A DNA stretch of 64,000 nt from Flavobacteriales bacterium (GCA_030149285.1 JASBRU010000006.1:64170-128169); one strand, 5' to 3'. Counted from the stretch's first letter, positions 35,808-43,847 are shown. The notes: generated by a model not told the origin, from the sequence alone. Program-made: numbers and translations.

Positions 35808-36056
35808 TTATTCTTGCATAACTGTAGCCTGATTATGGGCTCGTTGGTAATTTAAAAAAGTCATTACCTCCCATAAATTCTGGTTTTCTATTTTTTTCAT
35901 TTTAAAGAAGTCGCCTCCGGCAGCATCATATAGCTGTGGGTACCAGCCAAAATCCGATAGGTTTTCTGAAAACTTTGCAGCTTTTATGCTGCTGTGTCCC
36001 TGCCCGAAAAGATAGGGAAAGAATTTAGCCATTCTTTGCTCCGCTCTCCTAAACAA
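35808..36056 (-). CDS. -1-frame extension ORF of the upstream gene (putative frameshift product tail, GT-like)
   Basis: No ATG start (the ORF track uses TTG inside the T9 run). The frame is reached from 35984..36634 by a -1 shift on the T9 run. Confidence 0.4.
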   Translation of the reverse strand: MFRRAEQRMAKFFPYLFGQGHSSIKAAKFSENLSDFGWYPQLYDAAGGDFFKMKKIENQNLWEVMTFLNYQRAHNQATVMQE

Positions 36057-36634
36057 AAAAAAACCTGATAGGCAATATTCATCGGCAAATTCAAAAACTC
36101 TTCAGCTCTTTTTTCTACAACCTCTACCACAAGTGTTTCTGTTTCATCTTTGCGCTTGCATATAAGGGCTATCATATATGGCAGTGTGCTGTAATCCCCT
36201 TCTTCTAAGGCTTTACTTTTAAACTCCAATTGCTTTTGATTGATGTAATCTCCATAGGTAGAGTTACTCATCCACTCTTTAGGCAAATGATATACCTGCC
36301 CATTGTGCTTAAACTTATCTACTCTTGTTTCTTCGGGTTGTCCAAAAAATCCGCTTAAGCGCTCAAAAAGCAATTGCACGGTTTCTGCATTTACTTGCTT
36401 CATCAGCTCGCTATCTACATTACCAATTATAGCCAGCCAACCGGCCATAAAGTCTAGCATTTGTAAATATATTTCATCAATACCTTCTCTATCTTGGTCG
36501 GTTAGAGCCTTTAGTAGATCTGCATTGTGTAACTCAAAATCTTTGAGCTTTATAAACTGTGCTAAAGTTAATTCGTTCCAGCCTTCAGCAAATTGTATTA
36601 ATTGTCCGGTTTGTCTTACTTCTGCTGTCAACAT
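35984..36634 (-). CDS. Phage protein, 0-frame member of a putative programmed-frameshift pair (tail assembly chaperone-like architecture)
   Basis: 216-aa acidic helical protein. It contains the codons GTT TTT TTT T 21 codons before its stop. Confidence 0.5.
   Translation of the reverse strand: MLTAEVRQTGQLIQFAEGWNELTLAQFIKLKDFELHNADLLKALTDQDREGIDEIYLQMLDFMAGWLAIIGNVDSELMKQVNAETVQLLFERLSGFFGQPEETRVDKFKHNGQVYHLPKEWMSNSTYGDYINQKQLEFKSKALEEGDYSTLPYMIALICKRKDETETLVVEVVEKRAEEFLNLPMNIAYQVFFCLGERSKEWLNSFPIFSGRDTAA
36055..36063 (-). other. T9 homopolymer (A9 on the plus strand) = candidate -1 slippery site T_TTT_TTT
   Basis: Read directly: CAG GTT TTT TTT TGT in the 0 frame; the -1 frame continues TTG TTT AGG AGA GCG..., which is ORF 35808..36056. 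Confidence 0.45.
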
Positions 36635-36732
36635 ATTTATTCTGTTTTAGAAGATTATTTAAAGCCGAACATGATGGGAGGTTCTATAATAATTACGCAT
36701 TTCGGCAAGTTTTAGTTTGGTTAGTGTCCTTT

Positions 36733-36918
36733 TTATTTCAATCTTTTTAAAATTATTTTCACTTGCCTCTGCACCCCAATAATTTTACTGGGTAGTTTTT
36801 GCCCTTTTTCTTTTTGGCTCAATTTGTAGTTTTCTATCATTTCGGCAAGCTTATGAGCAGTTTTAGTAATCATTGCCTCAGTAGGCGCTCTTTTGGTTTT
36901 AGGTTTTTGGGTTTCCAT
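36733..36918 (-). CDS. Small basic hypothetical phage protein
   Basis: 61 aa, Lys-rich. Confidence 0.35.
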   Translation of the reverse strand: METQKPKTKRAPTEAMITKTAHKLAEMIENYKLSQKEKGQKLPSKIIGVQRQVKIILKRLK

Positions 36919-36974
36919 ATAGATTATTTAAAGTTTAAAAATTTGATTAGCTTCGTATGAGCTACGATTTTATC

Positions 36975-37547
36975 ATGAAACACATACTAGCATTTGCCTT
37001 ATTATTAGCATCACTACACTACTGCCATGCTCAAAAACGCACAAGGTTTGAGGTAGATGAGCGCCCCTTGCTTGTAACTATTGGAGGCGTTATTAACACA
37101 CCCGGCGGCGGTGAGAGAAGCGGAAAATTTAACTCCGGCTTTGGTGCCAGAGTTGCCCTAGAACGCAGCTTGGGCTATGGTACTGCAGCTACTTTCTCTT
37201 CAGGCATACATGATTTTAACGTAAGTACTATAAGCTTTACAAGCCCCGACATACAAAACATCCCTATTTTACTAGGCTATAAAAACTACCTAAATAAAGG
37301 CAGTTTTTTTACTGTAGAGGGTGGTGTAGGTCTTACCTCATTTACTAAACTTGTTGTTACAGAGTTTGCCACTGGTTTTCAGGTAGCTGCCGGTTTAGGT
37401 TACCTAGGTACTCTTAAAAACAAACAATACATAGAGTTCTCTTTAAAATATAATTATGTTACTTATGAAATAGAAGCCCCCTTACAATATGTAAGCATTG
37501 GGGTTTCATTTGCTTTTAGAGTAGATAAAGCTAGAAATAGTCAATAA
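36975..37547 (+). CDS. Small outer-membrane beta-barrel protein (OmpX/Lom-size), moron 1 of 3
   Basis: Signal peptide MKHILAFALLLASLHYCHAQ. It has alternating hydrophobic beta-strand patterns with Gly/aromatic girdles (GVGLTSF, AAGLGYLG, VSIGVSFAF). Confidence 0.55.
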   Translation: MKHILAFALLLASLHYCHAQKRTRFEVDERPLLVTIGGVINTPGGGERSGKFNSGFGARVALERSLGYGTAATFSSGIHDFNVSTISFTSPDIQNIPILLGYKNYLNKGSFFTVEGGVGLTSFTKLVVTEFATGFQVAAGLGYLGTLKNKQYIEFSLKYNYVTYEIEAPLQYVSIGVSFAFRVDKARNSQ

Positions 37548-37584
37548 AAAAATTTAGTTTCGCAAAAAATTATCCTATAAATCA

Positions 37585-38139
37585 ATGAAATACATTATAA
37601 CATTTATTACAATACTATTTGCTTTTACTGCAAATGCACAGTTTATATACGATAAAAAACCTTCCTCATCATCTTCTTCTTCTTCAGGGTATATACAAGC
37701 TAAAATTGGTGCTGACTTTAATGTAGTAGTAAGTGATGAATTTTCAGAGTTTTCGAAATTTTTAGCAGGACCACATTTCGAGTTCGACTACAACTTTACT
37801 GATGAATACGCCATTACATTTAATGGTGCTTATTTTTTCTCTGCCTTTTCTGCTTTTAACTCTAGTGTTGGTGTAGATATTGCTCAATTTTCATTGGGTT
37901 TTAAACATTACATTACTGACGAGTTTTTTTATTCAGCTAGAACAGGCCTTGGACTTTATATAATAGAAGACTTTGATAATACTCAAGGCTTATTATTATC
38001 AGCCGGTATAGGTATTATTGATGATCGTAGATACAGCACCAACGTGTACACTTTAAATTTCAACTATATAACTGAAGGTGATTTTACATCGGCAATGTAC
38101 ATTGGGGTAGGATATGCATATCTTATAACTGATTACTAA
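37585..38139 (+). CDS. Small outer-membrane beta-barrel protein, moron 2 of 3 (poly-Ser tract after the signal peptide)
   Basis: Signal MKYIITFITILFAFTANAQ, then an S9 tract and beta-strand periodicity. It ends with the aromatic GVGYAYLITDY. Confidence 0.55.
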   Translation: MKYIITFITILFAFTANAQFIYDKKPSSSSSSSSGYIQAKIGADFNVVVSDEFSEFSKFLAGPHFEFDYNFTDEYAITFNGAYFFSAFSAFNSSVGVDIAQFSLGFKHYITDEFFYSARTGLGLYIIEDFDNTQGLLLSAGIGIIDDRRYSTNVYTLNFNYITEGDFTSAMYIGVGYAYLITDY

Positions 38140-38145
38140 TCATCA

Positions 38146-38718
38146 ATGAAATATTTATCTTCTCTATTACTTTTTATTACTCTTTGCTTTAATGTAAATG
38201 CACAATCAGAAGGTTTTTTAGCGAATGAAGAAGACGACTATATTAGAGTATTCAATTTTAGTATTCCTGCTCCACTTGCTACCGAAGATAGTATAGGTGC
38301 TACATATAGTGGCGTTGGTCTTGGCTTTGCTTTCGAATCAAAAATTAATAATCGCCTAGGCTCTTCAATTGGTTTTTCTTACTATTATTTTGGTAAGGAT
38401 AACAAGTCAAATATTTCTGTTAAAGCTATCCATATACCATCTATAGATGCTAATCTTAAATACTACCCCTATAAAGGATTATTTATAGCTGTGGGCGGTG
38501 GTATGTCTATCACATATTTCCAATCATTTTCAAATGGTGGCCCTTTTGGTTCTAACACTAGCTCAGAAATGGCATTTAAGTTAACATCTAGTTTAGGGTA
38601 TGCATTTAGACGAAAAAATGACAAGTTCATATCGGTTTACTTAAAAGAGGATTATTATAACTTTAAAGGTGATGGAGTTATCTATTTCCTGTCAATTAAC
38701 TTAGGGCTTTCATTATAA
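38146..38718 (+). CDS. Small outer-membrane beta-barrel protein, moron 3 of 3
   Basis: Signal MKYLSSLLLFITLCFNVNAQ, with the same size and periodicity as its two neighbours. Its stop abuts the TerL stop (convergent). Confidence 0.55.
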   Translation: MKYLSSLLLFITLCFNVNAQSEGFLANEEDDYIRVFNFSIPAPLATEDSIGATYSGVGLGFAFESKINNRLGSSIGFSYYYFGKDNKSNISVKAIHIPSIDANLKYYPYKGLFIAVGGGMSITYFQSFSNGGPFGSNTSSEMAFKLTSSLGYAFRRKNDKFISVYLKEDYYNFKGDGVIYFLSINLGLSL

Positions 38719-40128
38719 TTATTTCATAATTACCCTCCTTCCTTTAGGGGCTTTTTGCAAAGCCATTACTAAGCAATCTACTCTATCATCGTGCTTGGCA
38801 TTAGGAAAATGACATACTTCTTTCAAAAAATCATCATTCCAAGTGCCTTGTAAAAGCTCTACTCTACCGGCTTCTACTATAGCAGATATGTTTTGTACTC
38901 TAGCCACTTTATCGGTTACAGGGCTTTTATCTTCCAGTACATTCAGAGTGGTTTCTCTTTTAAGTGCTTGCACCAAACTTTTACCACTTGCTTTGGGCTC
39001 TATGTATATTCTAGATGAAGATGAATAGCCATTCTTTTTGCAAAAAGTAACTATGTATTTCAGCAACTCCGGAAACTCCATACGTACTGCCTCTACTTCA
39101 CGTATTACCCATTGGTTATTTTGCACAGAGTAAGCCAATAATGCTGTAGCATCGTTATAGTCTGATGCTGTATAAGCAGGGTCAATACAAAAGTTCCAAG
39201 TAACATTATCGGGTACTGTATTGGTTAGTTTAAACCAGTTTTTCTTTAATAAGCCTCCTTCTTCTGGTGCAGGGCTCTGCTCAAACTGACCTGCATATCC
39301 GTAGCTACCTAAATCTACTTTGGCTTCTTGTAACACACTTCTGTTTAAACGTTCTTTATCCAACAATCCTTGCTTGTACTTTAGGCGCAATGAGTGTGGT
39401 TTTACCAAGCTACTCAACTCGGCAGGCAAGCATATATGTTTCAGCTTTTGCTTTTGTTTGGCAAGCCAGTGCCCCGTACAATCATCTTCGTGCAGGCGCT
39501 GCATTATCAATATGGTGGGTGTTATGGCTTTATCTACCTTACGGGTACTAAGGGTTTTATCTAGCCAATCATTAGCCGTTTTTCGTTCGGTTTCAGATGC
39601 CGCCATTTTAGGGTTTAAGGGGTCATCTACTATAATTATATGGGCGTGCTTACCCGTAACCGTACCCCCTACCGAGGTTGCCATACGGCTACCGCCCATC
39701 GTATTCTCATAATAAGTTTTACTGTTCTGATCGGTTTTTAGTTCTATTTCGGGGAATAGTTTTTTATATAAATCAGAGCGCAGTACATCTCTGGTTTTTA
39801 CCGAGTGCTCGGTTGCCAGCTCTCCACTATAACTACCGGTAATAATACGGAGGGTAGGGTCGAGCGTCCAGCACCACGCTGGGAACAGGAGGGTACACAA
39901 AGTAGATTTTGTAGTTCCCGGAGGAATATTGATGATAATGTCGTGGTGCTTAGATAAACGCTCGGAGGCTTGTTCTGCAAGAGTTTGCAGCTCGGCACAT
40001 AAATAAGGTATGTGCCAGTTATATATAGGTTTTTCGGGTATAATGATGGGCCAGAACAGTCTTACAAATTCGTAAAAATGTCTGCGGCAAAGCTCCGCTT
40101 GGGCTTTAAGACTGCTGGCTCGCATCAA
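38719..40128 (-). CDS. Terminase large subunit
   Basis: Walker A-like IINIPPGTTKST and Walker B HIIIVDDP. The C-terminal RNaseH-like nuclease has CIDPA...IEPKASG...HDDRVDCL (the TIGR01630-type C-terminal domain). Confidence 0.85.
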   Translation of the reverse strand: MMRASSLKAQAELCRRHFYEFVRLFWPIIIPEKPIYNWHIPYLCAELQTLAEQASERLSKHHDIIINIPPGTTKSTLCTLLFPAWCWTLDPTLRIITGSYSGELATEHSVKTRDVLRSDLYKKLFPEIELKTDQNSKTYYENTMGGSRMATSVGGTVTGKHAHIIIVDDPLNPKMAASETERKTANDWLDKTLSTRKVDKAITPTILIMQRLHEDDCTGHWLAKQKQKLKHICLPAELSSLVKPHSLRLKYKQGLLDKERLNRSVLQEAKVDLGSYGYAGQFEQSPAPEEGGLLKKNWFKLTNTVPDNVTWNFCIDPAYTASDYNDATALLAYSVQNNQWVIREVEAVRMEFPELLKYIVTFCKKNGYSSSSRIYIEPKASGKSLVQALKRETTLNVLEDKSPVTDKVARVQNISAIVEAGRVELLQGTWNDDFLKEVCHFPNAKHDDRVDCLVMALQKAPKGRRVIMK

Positions 40129-40339
40129 TTATTTCTTTAAGGGTTTTATCAGATAGTTTGCTGTAATCAACTGCATCAGCTGGCTCATTGGTATCGGTTT
40201 CTACACCCATCAATTTGGTTTGTAGCTCTATGGCTTTTAGCACCAATGCAGCATACTTATCTAGGGGTAATTGTTTTATTTCCTCTAGCTTTTGGATGTT
40301 GGTTTCCCGCAATAAATCTGTTTCTGTATTAGCTTTCAT
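40106..40339 (-). CDS. Small acidic phage protein upstream of TerL (small-terminase role possible but unsupported)
   Basis: 77 aa; overlaps the TerL start by 23 nt. Confidence 0.4.
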   Translation of the reverse strand: MKANTETDLLRETNIQKLEEIKQLPLDKYAALVLKAIELQTKLMGVETDTNEPADAVDYSKLSDKTLKEIIDASQQS

Positions 40340-40508
40340 TTAGCTTATCTACATTGGTATAGCGGTTAAACTCCATGTGCCTGTGGTAGGGTTCAGTCAG
40401 TTCTTTTTCTTGTGGAACTTCCCAGCCTGTCATTAAGTACCAGCTTAAATCACAGGTGATGTTCTTGGGCAGACGTACGTCTTGCCTTAGCGTTAATTCA
40501 TCTCGCAT
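40329..40508 (-). CDS. Hypothetical 59-aa ORF, first gene of the minus-strand phage series (not in the ORF track)
   Basis: Own translation: MRDELTLRQDVRLPKNITCDLSWYLMTGWEVPQEKELTEPYHRHMEFNRYTNVDKLNES. It overlaps the next ATG by 11 nt. Confidence 0.3.
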   Translation of the reverse strand: MRDELTLRQDVRLPKNITCDLSWYLMTGWEVPQEKELTEPYHRHMEFNRYTNVDKLNES

Positions 40509-40703
40509 TACAAAAGGTTTTGTAGGTTAAAAAACTCTAAAATGGTTTAGATATAGCCGCAAGCACAGACATAGCTGCGGGCGGGGCATTGGCGGGGGAC
40601 CCAACCAAATACATGTGCAATGTATACAATTCGGTCTGGCGTGCAAGAGTTGACTAAAAAAATATGAAACTTTTTTATAGCGCTTTGATTATAAGATAGT
40701 TCT

Positions 40704-41056
40704 GTTCGTTTTGCCTTGATGCAAAAAACGAGTACCTACTTTCTTTTGCAAGCACTATTTGCTATTACCTGTTCATTTTGTCTTGAAACAAAACGAACCA
40801 AAAATTCAAGAAGTGTTTAAGGAAATTTTTGCAAGCAAAACCGCTGATAAATCTATCGTTTCATGCCCTGCCTCCCCTTGGTCGGCGCAATTCCACTCGA
40901 CTTACAGCTATTTCTGGAAACCCTTCGTTTTATTGCTTTTGTAGAAAGCAACGAGTCTTCCCTCGGTATATGTACTTGGTTTGTGTTAAAAATTTTCGAA
41001 GCCTTGGGAAGGCGGTCTTTTCTTTTGCTTCGTTTTCTTTGGACAAGCGAAGAAAG
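40704..41056. repeat. Four dispersed copies of a TTC(G/A)TTTT-initiated hairpin in an ORF-poor, relatively GC-richer region at the right edge of the phage cluster
   Basis: Hairpins at 40704..40733, 40771..40798, 40925..40954 and 41022..41056. In addition, ttttgcaagca is repeated at 40744..40754 and 40827..40837. Confidence 0.4.
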
Positions 41057-41097
41057 TGAAGAGTTAAAAGGTTTTATCTGCAAACAAAAAGACAGTG

Positions 41098-41691
41098 TTA
41101 CCCCTTCCATTTTAGTAATACCTTTTTACGAGATATTTCTTGTTCAGTAGAGCTTTTTCCTTTTTTGCCTTCAACAATAACTAATAGATATATGTCTTTG
41201 TCTACCGCGCTTATATCTATCTCGTTTCCTTCAGCATCTACTATTTTTTCTATAGTTTTTTGTTGGGCGTTATATACCACATCATTTATTCTGTAAAACA
41301 GCCCAAATTGTGGTTTATAGTCAATAATTTCTACAGCATTTTTTGTGTCTACCATCAGCTCATTATTTCTCTTTTTAAAATACTTACGAGATTTAATGGT
41401 TTGTCTTACAGTAAGGTCGTTAGCACTTAATTGGCTTGCTTCTTTATTAAAAAAGTCATCACTATAAGAGGCTTGTATGTATACTTTTGCATCTTTTATT
41501 TCTTTAGATACATTTACTTGTAGCATAAACTCACCTTTTTGTATTTCTACCACATCATCCTTCAACTCCATATTACAAAATTGGTCCTCTTGATAAATAC
41601 CTATTACTAAATCATCGGGGATAGAAGTATTAAAACTTGCGGTTGCCAAAAACAGGGCTACAAATGACAGAGCTACTACTACTTTTTTCAT
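41098..41691 (-). CDS. Hypothetical secreted protein
   Basis: Signal peptide MKKVVVALSFVALFLATASF; 197 aa. Confidence 0.55.
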   Translation of the reverse strand: MKKVVVALSFVALFLATASFNTSIPDDLVIGIYQEDQFCNMELKDDVVEIQKGEFMLQVNVSKEIKDAKVYIQASYSDDFFNKEASQLSANDLTVRQTIKSRKYFKKRNNELMVDTKNAVEIIDYKPQFGLFYRINDVVYNAQQKTIEKIVDAEGNEIDISAVDKDIYLLVIVEGKKGKSSTEQEISRKKVLLKWKG

Positions 41692-41814
41692 TTTCAGGGA
41701 TTTTAAGTGATTTTCTACCTACTAAATGTACGTTTCTTTTTTTACTTTTAATAAAACGCATGTGAATTGTCCAATACGTATTCCGTTTAAAGTCTTGTAT
41801 ATAAAAAGTAGTAC

Positions 41815-42144
41815 ATGAGTGCACCCAAAAAATTGTTTGAAAACATTGTAAACCAGTTTTGCCAAGAGGATAGTAATGTTACGCCTGGTAAGATGATGAG
41901 CTCTGATGCCCTTAAATACAAGGGTAAAGTATTTGCATTTATCAGCCCCGGAGAAAACATGGTTTTTAAATTGGGTAAAGACTACCCTGCTACAGAATCA
42001 GAAGCCTCTGTATTGAGCGAGTTTAACCCCTTTAAAAATAAAGGGCCTTTACCCGGTTGGTTTATGGTAAACAAAATCAATAGCAATTTGTGGGAGCATT
42101 ACACTTTGTATGCATTAGAAACTTTTAAAAACAAAAAGAGATGA
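41815..42144 (+). CDS. Small hypothetical protein (TfoX_N/YjbR-like fold possible)
   Basis: 109 aa; ATGA-coupled to the next gene. Confidence 0.45.
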   Translation: MSAPKKLFENIVNQFCQEDSNVTPGKMMSSDALKYKGKVFAFISPGENMVFKLGKDYPATESEASVLSEFNPFKNKGPLPGWFMVNKINSNLWEHYTLYALETFKNKKR

Positions 42145-42806
42145 ATTATTTTACCGATGCCTACGTGCAGTTTTTTACTGATCTGGAAAAGAACAATCAT
42201 AAAGATTGGTTTCATGCCAATAAAAAGGTTTACGAAAAAGAGGTGAAAGAACCCTTTAACCAACTGGTAGGCGATTTGATTACCGAAATCAGAAACCTAG
42301 ACCCCGATATACAAATGGAACCCAAAGATGCCATCTTCCGCATTAACAAAGACATTCGTTTTTCTAAAGATAAAAGCCCCTACAACACCATGATGAAGGC
42401 CGGTTTTGCCAAAAACGGCCGAAAATCTCCTTATGCTGGGTATTACCTAGGGCTTAGTACTAATGGCTTGCACGTTGGTGGCGGTATGTTTATGCTAAAG
42501 CCGGATGAACTGAAAAAAGTACGTGAGCACATTGCCAACAATACCGATGAATTCTTAAAACTCATCAACCAAAAAGAATTTAAAACAGTTTTTCCGGAGT
42601 TGAAAGGAGAGCAAATCAAACGTATCCCTACAGAGTTTCAGGAGGTTCATGAAAAAACACCATACATCGCCAATAAGCAATATTACTATATGGCCGATTT
42701 GGGACAGCAAAAAATAATTTCGTCTGATAAATTATTTCCCGAAATTGTAAAACACTTTAAGCTGATTACACCACTGAATAAATTCTTTAAAAAAGCGCTA
42801 GACTAA
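42141..42806 (+). CDS. DUF2461 (TIGR02453) family protein
   Basis: FFTDLEKNNHKDWFHANKKVYEKEVKEP...IFRINKDIRFSKDKSPY is the hallmark N-terminal region of this family. Confidence 0.7.
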   Translation: MNYFTDAYVQFFTDLEKNNHKDWFHANKKVYEKEVKEPFNQLVGDLITEIRNLDPDIQMEPKDAIFRINKDIRFSKDKSPYNTMMKAGFAKNGRKSPYAGYYLGLSTNGLHVGGGMFMLKPDELKKVREHIANNTDEFLKLINQKEFKTVFPELKGEQIKRIPTEFQEVHEKTPYIANKQYYYMADLGQQKIISSDKLFPEIVKHFKLITPLNKFFKKALD

Positions 42807-43129
42807 TGAATGAGTATTTGATAATAGTACAAGGAAACAACAAAGTAGACCATACTGAAGAAGAAATGCAAGCTCGAGTTGCAAAATATAATAAGTGGGC
42901 AGATGAGCTAGGCGAAAAACATGTGGCTGCGCAACGCTTAAAAAGAGTAGGCAGATACCTAAAAAGCCGAGACGAAATTTTTTCTGATGGTCCTTTTTTA
43001 GAGTCTAAAGAATTGGTGGTAGGTTTTGCATGGATTAAAGCCAAGGATATAGAAGAGGCCTTGGAGATGACCAAGCAATGCCCTTTGGCAGAAAGCCATG
43101 AGTTACAACTAAGAGAAATAGTTATTTAA
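42806..43129 (+). CDS. YciI-like family protein
   Basis: 107 aa. The SDGPFLESKELVVGFAWIKAKDIEEALEM pattern is typical of YCII-related domains. Confidence 0.6.
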   Translation: MNEYLIIVQGNNKVDHTEEEMQARVAKYNKWADELGEKHVAAQRLKRVGRYLKSRDEIFSDGPFLESKELVVGFAWIKAKDIEEALEMTKQCPLAESHELQLREIVI

Positions 43130-43238
43130 GCAGAATTATTTTCTGGATTATGATTTGGCTAACAGTCCTATACCTGTTGGCATAGGACAACTATGCCTTA
43201 CAATTAACATTTATTTATTAACCCAAACTAATTTTAAA

Positions 43239-43847
43239 ATGAAACGAACTTCACAATTATTAGCAACCTTAATTTTATTAATGATGACAACAACAACTAA
43301 TGCAAACGTAAAACCGGAGAAAAAAACAGTATCTATAAAACATGATATTGTGATTAATGCTCCTATTGAAAAAGTGTGGAATACTCTTGTAGAAAACTAC
43401 GGTGGCTTGCACAACTATAGCCCAAGCACTGTAAGCTCATACTGCACCAACAATGCTACTGTAGCAGAAATGGGTGCGGGTCGTGTATGCCAGTTTGATG
43501 AAAAGGGAAAGAAATACATGCGAGAAAACATAGTATTGTTTGATGCCGCTAACTACTATTTTGAAAATCAGTTGGTAGAAACATCTTATCCTATGGATAC
43601 AGAGAATACTATGGCTACTTATAAGCTTACAGCTAATGCAGATGGCACCACTACCCTTACCCAAGAAGTTATGTATAGGATGAAACCTGCTTTTATGGGT
43701 GGTTTAATGAAAGGTGCTTACCGTAAAACTATTATGGATGACCAGATTGGTTTTAAATACTTTATAGAAACCGGTAACAAGAGTACTGAGGATACTAAGA
43801 AAGATCTTAGAAAAAAATACGAAAGTGCTATTACTATAATTAACTAA
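43239..43847 (+). CDS. Secreted SRPBCC-superfamily protein
   Basis: Signal MKRTSQLLATLILLMMTTTTNA, then VINAPIEKVWNTL. Start moved to ATG 43239. Confidence 0.6.
   Translation: MKRTSQLLATLILLMMTTTTNANVKPEKKTVSIKHDIVINAPIEKVWNTLVENYGGLHNYSPSTVSSYCTNNATVAEMGAGRVCQFDEKGKKYMRENIVLFDAANYYFENQLVETSYPMDTENTMATYKLTANADGTTTLTQEVMYRMKPAFMGGLMKGAYRKTIMDDQIGFKYFIETGNKSTEDTKKDLRKKYESAITIIN

Larger units (their letters stand above)
19456..40508 (-). mobile_element. Phage-derived gene cluster (prophage remnant, or domesticated GTA-like element); packaging, head, tail and lysis genes only
   Basis: Co-oriented, tightly packed genes for TerL, portal, ClpP-like protease, capsid, tape measure, tail proteins, endolysin, holins and spanin. 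No integrase, repressor or replication gene was recognised. Confidence 0.8.

Noticed and set aside
37660-37695. Poly-serine tract (S9, mixed TCn codons) after the signal peptide of the second phage-borne OMP, considered as a phase-variation repeat.
   Set aside because: The DNA is a mix of tcc/tca/tct codons rather than a perfect mono-, di- or tetranucleotide repeat. Length changes would be in frame, so classic on/off slipped-strand switching is unlikely. It is probably just a flexible linker.
40106-40339. Calling the 77-aa ORF upstream of TerL a small terminase subunit.
   Set aside because: It is too short and has no recognisable DNA-binding motif. Position alone is insufficient, so it is kept as hypothetical.
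40759-41150. Four mutually overlapping 61-95-aa ORFs on both strands at the right edge of the phage cluster.
   Set aside because: They overlap each other in different frames and have Arg/Ser/Leu-rich, non-protein-like translations. They coincide with the repeated hairpins, so the region is better explained as non-coding/regulatory.
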